Positions 10,252-19,121 of a DNA stretch of 64,000 nt are shown here, piece after piece. The translations under genes were made by a program, and so were the position numbers. This stretch comes from an uncultured delta proteobacterium (lineage in GTDB: Bacteria; Desulfobacterota; Desulfobacteria; Desulfobacterales; SG8-13): positions 696,938 to 760,937 of the forward strand of contig CAWKCK010000018.1 of assembly GCA_963848135.1 (NCBI GenBank), in the 5' to 3' direction. Each line of letters starts with the position of its first letter. Positions within the stretch are counted from its first letter, which is position 1. The notes beneath the pieces are model-generated. The model ran no database searches. It saw only the letters and a program-made list of their open reading frames with translations, and had not been told where the DNA came from.

Positions 10252-11421
10252 ATGAATGTACTTGCCGACCGATTGAAGAACGTACCCCAATATCTATTCA
10301 TGGAACTGCGGGACCGGATCAAGCAGATCAAGGCCTGTGGCACCGAATTTATCTCCCTTGCCATCGGAGACCCGGTGGAACCGACACCGGCATACATCAT
10401 CGAGAGCCTGCGGCAGGCCGCACTCGATCCGAGCAATCACCAGTACCCGACCGACGAACAGAAGGGTATGCACGATTTCAGAGCAGCTGTGGCGCGCTGG
10501 TACCGGCGGAAATACGGCGTTCAACTCGACCCGGAAACCGAAGTCCTTGGCTTGAGCGGTTCCAAGGAAGGCATACACAACCTCCTGATGGCCATCGTAA
10601 ATCCGGGGGAAGTGGTCATGGTAACAGACCCCGGCTACCCCGGCTATCTTGCCAATATACCGATTGTCGACGGTGAAGCCTACCGGATACCCCTTCTGGC
10701 GCAAAACGGATTTCTGCCCGATCTGGATGATATACCTGAAAACGTCTGCCGAAGGGCTAAAGTCTTCTTTTTTAATTATCCCAACAATCCGACCGGTGCC
10801 TGCGCCACCACGGATTTTTTCACCCGCCTGGTGGCCTGGGCGACGACACATCAGATTTTCCTGGTGCACGACAACCCGTACAGCGAATTTGTCCTGCCCG
10901 GGGGAGAGAAGTTGAGCCTGCTCCAGATTCCCGGGGCCAAGGAGATCTGTGTTGAATTCAACTCCCTGAGTAAGACATACAATATGACCGGCTGGAGAAT
11001 CGGCATGGCCGCCGGACATCCGGCCATCATCCAGGCCATGTCGAAATTCAAGGAAAACGTGACTTCGGGAATTTTCAATGCCATTCAACTGGCCAGCATC
11101 AAGGCTTTGGACGATGGTGATGAAGATATTGAAAAGATGATCCGAATCTATGCCAGGCGACGGGCGATGGCCCTGAAAGAGATAAGGGAATGGGGCATTG
11201 ACACCCATGTCGGCAAGGGAACATTTTACTTGTGGCTGCCGGTCCCGAAGGGCATGTCATCGATAGAATTCACGACACGCCTGCTGGAGGACGCCCATGT
11301 TCTCGTTACCGCAGGAAGTGCCTTTGGAGAACACGGCGAAGGCTATTTCCGCATGTCCCTAACGGTGTCGGACGACCGCCTGGCGTGCGCTTTAGAGCGG
11401 ATGAAGCGAACGTTAAATTAA
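10252..11421 (+). CDS. Class I/II PLP aminotransferase (LL-diaminopimelate aminotransferase-like)
   Basis: GSKEG, NYPNNPTG, HDNPY, SLSKTYNMTGWRIG and GEGYFRMSL motifs. Confidence 0.9.
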   Translation: MNVLADRLKNVPQYLFMELRDRIKQIKACGTEFISLAIGDPVEPTPAYIIESLRQAALDPSNHQYPTDEQKGMHDFRAAVARWYRRKYGVQLDPETEVLGLSGSKEGIHNLLMAIVNPGEVVMVTDPGYPGYLANIPIVDGEAYRIPLLAQNGFLPDLDDIPENVCRRAKVFFFNYPNNPTGACATTDFFTRLVAWATTHQIFLVHDNPYSEFVLPGGEKLSLLQIPGAKEICVEFNSLSKTYNMTGWRIGMAAGHPAIIQAMSKFKENVTSGIFNAIQLASIKALDDGDEDIEKMIRIYARRRAMALKEIREWGIDTHVGKGTFYLWLPVPKGMSSIEFTTRLLEDAHVLVTAGSAFGEHGEGYFRMSLTVSDDRLACALERMKRTLN

Positions 11422-11450
11422 GATGACTGCTCAAGTACTACAGGAGAATT

Positions 11451-12659
11451 ATGGATATCGGCAACCAGCGAAAAATTGACCGCGTTCTGGGATCCTTTCT
11501 CTGCCGCATTTTTTCGTTGTTTCACAGCAATAGAACCGCAGCCAACCAGACGCCCAAGGTCGAGAAGATCCTCATTATTCTCTTATCAGAAATGGGCAGC
11601 TGGGTTCTCGCCCATTCAATGTTCCAGCGCCTCGTACGCAAATATCCGCAAGCATCCGTAAGCGTTCTTCTTTTCAAGAAGAACAAGGAAATCGTCGACA
11701 TTCTCGATTATGTACCTGAAACCAACATCCTCACCATCGATCCCTCATCCATTTTTACTCTCGCTACCGACATTATCCGGGTGTGGAGTGACATGCGGCG
11801 CATACGTTTTGACACCGTGATCGACTGCGAGCTGTTTCACCGCATAAGCAGCATATTGAGTTTTCTCAGTGGGGCGGCCACCCGGGTCGGCTTCCACCCG
11901 CACACCCAGGAAGGGCTATATCGCGGCAATTTCTTCAACCGGCCGGTTCTCTACAATCCCTACCAGCATATCTCCCAGCAGTTTGTCACCCTTGTGGCAG
12001 CCATCGAATCGGAAACGGTGCCGAAAGCAAAACGGATTGTTGCCGCCGATACGGTGCCACCACCGCCAGTCGATGTCAGCCCGGCGGAGATCGAGACCAT
12101 ACGAAAAAGACTCCACGCTTCTACGCCGGCCGGTGTGGATCTCAATCGCAAACTGGTACTGATCTACCCGGGTGGAGGCATCCTGCCGATTCGCGCCTGG
12201 CCCTTGGAATCTTTTTGCCGCCTGTCGGCATCATTGGTCCAATCCGATTGCCGCGTCGGGGTTATCGGTCTCGAAGAAGATAAACCCCTCGCCGAAAAAA
12301 TCGTCTCCCACTGCAACAATCCTTTGTGCGCCGACCTGACCGGCTTTACCAAATCGGTGCGGGAGTTAATGGTCCTGTTTCATCTGTCCGCGCTACTGAT
12401 CACAAATGACGGCGGCCCCGGCCAATTTGCGGCACTGACCCCGGTACCGGTGATCGTCTTTTTTGGCCCCGAAACACCGGTTTTGTATGGCCCGCTGAAC
12501 GACCGCACGTTTGTAATGCATACGCAGCTGTCATGCGCGCCGTGTCTGACCGCATACAACCACCGCCATTCACCCTGCGACGGCGACAATGTCTGCCTGA
12601 AATCAATCCGGGTGGAAGAGGTTCTGGAAAAGGCACGCACGGTCCTTAAGATTCAGTGA
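11451..12659 (+). CDS. Glycosyltransferase family 9 (LPS heptosyltransferase-like)
   Basis: SEMGS, PGG...RAWP, ITNDGGPGQFAA and FFGPETP motifs plus a C-terminal CAPC...C...C. Adjacent to hldD/hldE. Confidence 0.88.
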   Translation: MDIGNQRKIDRVLGSFLCRIFSLFHSNRTAANQTPKVEKILIILLSEMGSWVLAHSMFQRLVRKYPQASVSVLLFKKNKEIVDILDYVPETNILTIDPSSIFTLATDIIRVWSDMRRIRFDTVIDCELFHRISSILSFLSGAATRVGFHPHTQEGLYRGNFFNRPVLYNPYQHISQQFVTLVAAIESETVPKAKRIVAADTVPPPPVDVSPAEIETIRKRLHASTPAGVDLNRKLVLIYPGGGILPIRAWPLESFCRLSASLVQSDCRVGVIGLEEDKPLAEKIVSHCNNPLCADLTGFTKSVRELMVLFHLSALLITNDGGPGQFAALTPVPVIVFFGPETPVLYGPLNDRTFVMHTQLSCAPCLTAYNHRHSPCDGDNVCLKSIRVEEVLEKARTVLKIQ

Positions 12660-12799
12660 CCTCCGGTAAAGCCGAAGGAATGTTTTGTGATCGGAATTTT
12701 TTTTGAAAAGCGGTAAATAATCATTATTTCAGACAACCCGCCGCGATCATTGAATGTGGCGCAAGTTTGGAAAGATTATGTCTTCCTATGCTCCAAGTC

Positions 12800-12846
12800 G
12801 ATATATAAAAATCCCCCTGTTTTCAATAGGGGGATTTTTATATATC
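12800..12846. terminator. Bidirectional intrinsic terminator between convergent genes
   Basis: 19-bp perfect stem gatatataaaaatccccct / agggggatttttatatatc with A/T tracts on both sides. Confidence 0.8.
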
Positions 12847-12853
12847 AAGCCGT

Positions 12854-13813
12854 CTATATGCCAGCGTTGAGCCACTCCACGTAACGGGCGATGCCTTCTT
12901 CGAGAGATACCGGCTTATGGTGGTAGCCCGTGGCGCTCAACTTCTTCATGTCGGCTTCTGTAAAGTACTGGTAGCTGTTTTTTATGGCATCCGGCATTTC
13001 GAAATATTCTATTTCTTCCGGAAGATTCAAGGCGCTGAATATGGCCATGGCGAGGTCGTTGAAGCTTCTGCTGTGCCCCGTCCCGGCATTGTACAGCCCG
13101 CTGGGTGCGGTTGAATCGAGGAAATGAATTACCGAATCGACCACGTCCTGCACATATACAAAATCCCTTTTCTGCTCACCGTCTTCCACTTCCGCACGGC
13201 ATGACTTGAAAAGTCGTATCTTGCCACTCTGCTGGGCCTGAGGAATGGCGAAATTGGGCACACTGGCCATGCGCCCTTTATGGTTCTCACACGGGCCATA
13301 CACATTGAAGAATTTAACCCCGTACCACCGCGCGGGGGTCTTCTTTTGCTGCAGCGCCCATAAATCGAAAAGGTGTTTTGAATAGCCGTAGGGGTTAATC
13401 GGCTTGTAAGCGGCGGTTTTCTCGTGGGCATCCGAGAACCCGCTTCCGCCGTCACCGTAGGTGGCGGCACTGCTGGCGTAGACGAATGGAATCTGTCTGT
13501 CTGCGCAAAACCGCCATAATCTCCGGGAATACGTCACGTTGTTTTCAACAAGATAATCGAAATTTTTTTCCATCGTATCGGTGCAGGCGCCAAGATGAAT
13601 TACGGCCTCGACGCTCTCCCGGTCATGCTTTTCGAGCCACGACCAGAGAGAATTTTTGTGCACGTACAACCGGAAACTCCTGCCGACCAGGTTTTTCCAT
13701 TTCGGGGAACTATCGACATTGTCCACGACCAGAATGTCGGAACAGCCCATCCGGTTCAACGTCGCCAGGGTGTTGCTGCCGATAAACCCGGCACCACCTG
13801 TTAATATATACAT
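12854..13813 (-). CDS. hldD: ADP-L-glycero-D-manno-heptose 6-epimerase
   Basis: TGGAGFIGSN, YASSAATYG, PINPYGYSK, FFNVYGPCENHKGRMAS and YQYFTEAD motifs. Confidence 0.95.
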   Translation of the reverse strand: MYILTGGAGFIGSNTLATLNRMGCSDILVVDNVDSSPKWKNLVGRSFRLYVHKNSLWSWLEKHDRESVEAVIHLGACTDTMEKNFDYLVENNVTYSRRLWRFCADRQIPFVYASSAATYGDGGSGFSDAHEKTAAYKPINPYGYSKHLFDLWALQQKKTPARWYGVKFFNVYGPCENHKGRMASVPNFAIPQAQQSGKIRLFKSCRAEVEDGEQKRDFVYVQDVVDSVIHFLDSTAPSGLYNAGTGHSRSFNDLAMAIFSALNLPEEIEYFEMPDAIKNSYQYFTEADMKKLSATGYHHKPVSLEEGIARYVEWLNAGI

Positions 13814-13823
13814 ATGCCGCCTT

Positions 13824-15308
13824 TCATTTGCCGTTTCCCATGCGAGACATCTTTTCTGTGAGACCGGTCGTGCTGTAACCCGCTCTCACGGGCACGAGAT
13901 GCACCCTGCCGCCGTTGGACTCAACGATGTCCCGGCCGACGACATCCTCCAAGCGGTAGTCGGCACCTTTGACAAGGACATCCGGTTTGAGGGCGTCGAT
14001 GAGTTTGAGGGGTGTGTCTTCATCGAATATCACCACCAGGTCGACACAGTCCAGGGCGCCGAGGATGGCCGCGCGGTCGCTATCTGTCAGTATCGGCCGT
14101 TGAGACCCTTTGATCCGTCTCACCGATACGTCTGAATTCAGTCCGACGATCAACCGCTGACCACATCGCTTGGCCTCGTTGAGAAGATGAATGTGTCCCG
14201 GATGCAGTAAATCGAAGCATCCATTTGTAAAAATAACCGTCTCGCCGACGGCTTTCCAGGCCTGCACCTGAACCACAGCCGCAGCCAGAGAGTGGATCTT
14301 GGTATTTACCGTTCCGCAGATGTCGTCTCTGTTCAGCCCTTCGGCCGCTCTCAATTCCAGAAGGTTGATCGGTTGGGTACCCAGTTTGCCGACAACGACC
14401 CCGGCGGCGATATTGGCCATTCGGGCCGCGTCCGGAAAGGACATCCCGGCGGCAACCCCAAGGGTCAGGGTGGCGATAACCGTGTCCCCGGCCCCGGACA
14501 CATCATACACTTCCCGGGCGATGGCAGGTATGAACTGCGGGCTGCGCCCCTCGCTCGACAAACACATCCCCAGCGCCCCCCGGGTCACCACCAGATTTGT
14601 CAGTCCGTATTTTTGTCGAACAGCGTCCATGGCCGCCACCAGGGCCTCGTCATCACGATACTGTTCTCCTGTAACCAGGCTGAATTCAGCGGTGTTGGGC
14701 GTAACACATGTGGCCCCTGCATACCGCTCCCACTTCTTTCCCTTTGGGTCGACGACCACGGGGATGTTGTGGCTGCAGGCGATATCGACGATGGTTTCCG
14801 TCAGGCCGTTTGCTTGAAATATGCCCTTTCCATAGTCAGACAATATAACGGCGCCGGATTCGGGGATGCGCTGCTCGGCTTCGGCGATGATGTTGGATTT
14901 CAATGCGTCATCGATGACCATGGTGCTTTCATCGTCGATCCTCAACAATTGTTGCCCCCTGGAAAGAAGACGTGATTTCGTAATTGTCGGCCGGGAACTG
15001 TCCTCGATCAGAATGGCGTCGATCTTCCGATCGTCGAAGAGCCGCCCGAGCATGGCGCCGTAATCGTCCGTGCCGATTATACCGAGCAATGTCGCCGACG
15101 CGCCCAGCCCGATAAGGTTCAACACCACGCTGCCGGCACCGCCAGGAACCGCCGAACGTTTCTTTACGTGGTAGACCGGCACCGGCGCTTCCGGCGATAT
15201 GCGCCTGACATCGCCCCATAGATAGCGGTCCAGCATCACATCTCCGATCACCAGGATTCGGCAGCTTCCAAAGTCTATATCGGTTGAGTTCATAAGCGTA
15301 TCCGTCAT
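13824..15308 (-). CDS. hldE: Bifunctional heptose-7-phosphate kinase / heptose-1-phosphate adenylyltransferase
   Basis: GDVMLDRY..RISPEAPVP, DVSGAGDTVIA and FTNGCFDLLHPGH motifs. Confidence 0.96.
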   Translation of the reverse strand: MTDTLMNSTDIDFGSCRILVIGDVMLDRYLWGDVRRISPEAPVPVYHVKKRSAVPGGAGSVVLNLIGLGASATLLGIIGTDDYGAMLGRLFDDRKIDAILIEDSSRPTITKSRLLSRGQQLLRIDDESTMVIDDALKSNIIAEAEQRIPESGAVILSDYGKGIFQANGLTETIVDIACSHNIPVVVDPKGKKWERYAGATCVTPNTAEFSLVTGEQYRDDEALVAAMDAVRQKYGLTNLVVTRGALGMCLSSEGRSPQFIPAIAREVYDVSGAGDTVIATLTLGVAAGMSFPDAARMANIAAGVVVGKLGTQPINLLELRAAEGLNRDDICGTVNTKIHSLAAAVVQVQAWKAVGETVIFTNGCFDLLHPGHIHLLNEAKRCGQRLIVGLNSDVSVRRIKGSQRPILTDSDRAAILGALDCVDLVVIFDEDTPLKLIDALKPDVLVKGADYRLEDVVGRDIVESNGGRVHLVPVRAGYSTTGLTEKMSRMGNGK

Positions 15309-15649
15309 GCGGCCTTTTGTTTAAATATCATGTGGTTACATTCTGATTTCAGCCAATTACCGGAGGGAGCGGTGATTGTCAACGTCGAAGATCAGATTTT
15401 GTGATTTCGGGGTTATCTAAGCCACGAAAATGGCACTGCAATTTCATCAATGTCTACCGTCTGAGTCAGTTTCCAACAAGTGTACCAAAAACCATACACA
15501 AAGATAAAGAATAATATCGTGTATTTACAGTGTGCGTAAATGCCTGACAGAGCTTATCGAAGGAAATCCCCTACACTTCACCAGGGAAAACCCCCGTAAA
15601 AACCAATTAATAACTATTAATTCAAACGTTTATCATACTAACCACATTG

Positions 15650-15665
15650 TGGCACACGCTTTGCT
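15650..15665 (+). promoter_or_regulatory. sigma54 (-24/-12) promoter
   Basis: TGGCAC-ACGCT-TTGCT, a consensus match ~165 bp upstream of 15829. Confidence 0.8.
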
Positions 15666-15828
15666 ATCCACCACGATGTAGTAGATTCGATCATGAAAGA
15701 ATGGATAAAAACATTGAACAGCAACGTTACCAATATAGACCATTTAAGAAATCTTTTCACCAGCACCATCAATCCGAACGGCATGTGTACCATTCGTTCA
15801 AAATTTAATTCAGGGGGGTAATACAGGT

Positions 15829-17814
15829 ATGATCCAACGCGACAGTTTAAAAAACAAACGTAGACGAGCATATTTAAAACCGATGTTCTTATTTATTATT
15901 GGAATGGCCCTAACGATCGGGGTTAGTAACAATTCATATGCGACTTCAGGGCAAGGATGCGACTGTAATTCCTGTCATAGCTTTGCGGATCAATGTGCCC
16001 CCGCCGATACACCACCGGTCGCCAGAGCGGGTTCGGACCAAACAGTCAATGCTGGGGGATCTGTAACCCTCGATGGTTCGGCATCTTATGATCCGGAAGG
16101 ATCAGCGATAACATACAATTGGAGCCAGACCGGTGGCACGAATGTAAGCTTGTCCGGCCGTACAACGGCAAAACCGACATTCACCGCACCTCAACCGTCA
16201 TCGACCTCCGCAACCTTGACCTTTACCCTGACCGTCTCCGACAGCGCCGGCAACACGGACACCGATACATGCATCGTTACGGTCAATCACGTCAACGCAC
16301 CACCGGTGGCCGATGCCGGCGCCACGCAAACTGTGGCGCCCAATACCCAAGTCATTCTGGATGGTTCCAATTCGCGTGATCCTGATGATGGCATTTCAAC
16401 TTATCTGTGGACTCAAACCAGCGGACCGGGGGTTGTTTTTTCCAATTCCGGAATCGCCAAACCGACCTTCATTTCTCCTGACGTCGGTGCCGGTTCGGTG
16501 TCTCTGAATTTCAGCCTGACCGTCACAGACGGGTTCGGGCTATCGAACACCGACACCTGTATCGTCAACATCTCTGCCGGGAACCTACCGCCAAGCGCGA
16601 ATGCCGGAACTGATCAAGATGCCGATGAGGGCGTCCTGGTGACCCTCGACGGTACGGGTTCCAGTGATTCCGATGGCAGCATCGTCGCATATCAATGGAC
16701 ACAAACCAATGGACCGAGTGTCACTCTCTCCAATCCGGCTTCTGCGTCACCGACGTTCACCGCGCCGTCCTTTGGTACCGGTGGCGGTTCGTTGGCTTTT
16801 CAATTGACGGTGACCGACGATCTGGGTCTGCAGGCCACCGATACCATTATCGTCAACGTCGCCTGGGTCAATTTGCAGCCCACCGCCAATGCGGGGGATG
16901 ACCAGACCGGCGCCTTCAGTATCGAAGAAGGCAATACGGTTGTACTCGACGGCACCGGTTCGAGTGACCCGGATGACGGTATCGCTTCGTACCAATGGGA
17001 GCAGACAGGGGCAGGGACCGTGGTCACGCTGTCGGATCCCACCGCTGCGCAACCGACCTTCTTAACACCGTTTGTCGACACCGGTGAAATCACACTGACA
17101 TTCCGGTTGACCGTAACGGATACCGGGGGCCTGCAAGCCAGCGATGAAGTCCTCGTGACCGTTTACGACAATGGCATCACCGGTTTTCCGGACGGGGTAA
17201 TGACCACGATGTCGGCACAAAACACTCCGATTGGCATCACCGCGCCTGTCGGTGGGAATATTACCAAATTGGACGTCATGGATCCGTCTTCCCTGCCGGC
17301 CAACGTGCAGGTCCCGGAGGATATGGTACACGGACTTGTTGACCTGGAAATCAAAACCGACACCCCCGGGGCCAAGGTCACGGTCACAATCCTCTTGTCA
17401 AGTCCGGCTCCGGCGGGCTACAAATGGTATAAGTTCAACCCCATCACCCAGGTCTGGACGGATTATGAAACGGTCACCGACCCAGACGGTGATGCCGGCG
17501 CCGTCTTTAATGCTGCCCGCGACCAGGTGACCCTCACCCTGGTGGACGGTGGTATGGGCGATGACGACGATATCAGCAATGGCGTGATAAAGGATCCGTC
17601 TGGTCTCGGTGCAGAGACCAATTTTACGACACCAACCACTTCCTCCGGCTCTTCTCTGTCGAACAGCTTCGGATCGGGCGGTGGCGGGTGTTTTGTCTCC
17701 ACATCGCAGGCGGGTGCAGATCGACAGACGTTGCCGCCCATGCTGGCATTCCTGGCCGTCGTCCTATCACTCGCTGCACCAGTGGCACTGATGCGGTCGA
17801 ACAGGAAAAAGTAG
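15829..17814 (+). CDS. Secreted surface protein: single CxxCH, four PKD/Ig-like repeats, choice-of-anchor-U-like domain, GGGGCF-TM-basic C-terminal sorting signal
   Basis: Signal peptide, CNSCH, four P-x-A-x-AG-x-x-Q repeats, VTLTLVDGGMGDDD...NGVIKDPSG, then SGGGGCFVS...hydrophobic...RSNRKK. The start could be slightly downstream. Confidence 0.8.
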   Translation: MIQRDSLKNKRRRAYLKPMFLFIIGMALTIGVSNNSYATSGQGCDCNSCHSFADQCAPADTPPVARAGSDQTVNAGGSVTLDGSASYDPEGSAITYNWSQTGGTNVSLSGRTTAKPTFTAPQPSSTSATLTFTLTVSDSAGNTDTDTCIVTVNHVNAPPVADAGATQTVAPNTQVILDGSNSRDPDDGISTYLWTQTSGPGVVFSNSGIAKPTFISPDVGAGSVSLNFSLTVTDGFGLSNTDTCIVNISAGNLPPSANAGTDQDADEGVLVTLDGTGSSDSDGSIVAYQWTQTNGPSVTLSNPASASPTFTAPSFGTGGGSLAFQLTVTDDLGLQATDTIIVNVAWVNLQPTANAGDDQTGAFSIEEGNTVVLDGTGSSDPDDGIASYQWEQTGAGTVVTLSDPTAAQPTFLTPFVDTGEITLTFRLTVTDTGGLQASDEVLVTVYDNGITGFPDGVMTTMSAQNTPIGITAPVGGNITKLDVMDPSSLPANVQVPEDMVHGLVDLEIKTDTPGAKVTVTILLSSPAPAGYKWYKFNPITQVWTDYETVTDPDGDAGAVFNAARDQVTLTLVDGGMGDDDDISNGVIKDPSGLGAETNFTTPTTSSGSSLSNSFGSGGGGCFVSTSQAGADRQTLPPMLAFLAVVLSLAAPVALMRSNRKK

Positions 17815-17867
17815 AACGGAATCCGTCTCGTTTCTTTACCCCATATGCGACGAGATGTTCGCTAAAA

Positions 17868-17902
17868 ATGCAAGGGCGGAGATTACTCCTCCGCCCTTGC
17901 AT
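17868..17902. terminator. Strong hairpin after the surface-protein gene (possible terminator or stabiliser)
   Basis: 14-bp stem atgcaagggcggag / ctccgcccttgcat with no adjacent U-tract. Confidence 0.5.
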
Positions 17903-18149
17903 GGCACTCATCGGATGACTTCCTGAATAACTTCTTGAATTCTTTTTTTGTTTTTAGTAAATTACGGGTGGGTAGGTTTCGATAATTCACGGTGCGTACT
18001 TCTCCTTCCATAATTACAGACGGAATCCGCAAGTGACCGCTCGTTAGCGGAGCCTTCTCGAACAAAAACCTAAGGCATCTATATCGTTGTTACAAAGCCC
18101 GGATATCACCGATTGAATCTTACGTAATCAAAATAATGGAGGCGATTGC

Positions 18150-19073
18150 ATGCAGGCAAAATTCTTCATTGTCCTTTGCACGGCACTCTCTATCTTTCTT
18201 CTATCCGGCGTAACACAAGCCGCCGAGGAGGCGCAATACGCCGGTGACGAGACATGCATGGAGTGTCACGAGGAAATTTACGAAGGGTTCTGGAAAAATA
18301 TCCACGGCATCAAAGGCGATCCACGGACGCCGGCCGCTCAACACGGCGGTTTTGTGTGCGAGTCCTGCCATGGTCCGGGTTCGGTTCATGCCGAAGAAGG
18401 CGAGGGCGGGAATATTATTGCCCTGAACGCCAGATCCAAAACGCCTGCGACTCAGAAAAACGATGTTTGTTTGAACTGCCACAGCAAGGGCAAAGTGGCC
18501 CGTTGGAAAAACAGTACCCATGACACGCGGGCACTCAGCTGTGCGAACTGCCATAACGTCCATCAAGACTACCCCCGGTACATGACAAAACGCACCCAGA
18601 CCGAAGTGTGCACACCCTGTCATCGGCAGATCACCCCGCAACTGATGCTCCAGTCCCGCCATCCGATCCGGGACGGTAAAATGAAATGCTCCGACTGCCA
18701 CAACAGCCACGGCACCATCGCGGACAAACTCGTGGACGCGCAACACGTTAACTTGAAATGCTTTGAGTGCCACGCGAAGACGAGAGGGCCTTATCTGTGG
18801 GAGCATCCGCCGGTGGTCGAGGATTGTCTCAGCTGTCACGTTCCCCACGGCTCCACCCAGGCTTTTCTCTTGAACAGCCGGACACCTTATCTGTGTCAAC
18901 GGTGCCACTCGAACGTCAATCACCCCAGTGACTTGCAGGCCAGAAACAGTCAACAGGCCGGCCAATCGGTCTACAGAACGCTGAATAACAGGGGTTTCTA
19001 CCGCGGGTGCTTGAACTGCCATAGCTCCATACACGGGAGCAACCATCCTTCCGGCAAGAGTTTGCTGCGATAG
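18150..19073 (+). CDS. DmsE/MtrA/PioA-family decaheme c-type cytochrome
   Basis: Signal peptide plus ten CxxCH (CMECH, CESCH, CLNCH, CANCH, CTPCH, CSDCH, CFECH, CLSCH, CQRCH, CLNCH), GPYLWEHPPV and a IHGSNHPSG end. Confidence 0.95.
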   Translation: MQAKFFIVLCTALSIFLLSGVTQAAEEAQYAGDETCMECHEEIYEGFWKNIHGIKGDPRTPAAQHGGFVCESCHGPGSVHAEEGEGGNIIALNARSKTPATQKNDVCLNCHSKGKVARWKNSTHDTRALSCANCHNVHQDYPRYMTKRTQTEVCTPCHRQITPQLMLQSRHPIRDGKMKCSDCHNSHGTIADKLVDAQHVNLKCFECHAKTRGPYLWEHPPVVEDCLSCHVPHGSTQAFLLNSRTPYLCQRCHSNVNHPSDLQARNSQQAGQSVYRTLNNRGFYRGCLNCHSSIHGSNHPSGKSLLR

Positions 19074-19121
19074 CGCGTTGAGTGAAGCACCGACAACCAA
19101 ATGGACTCAAGTGAGGGGCTG

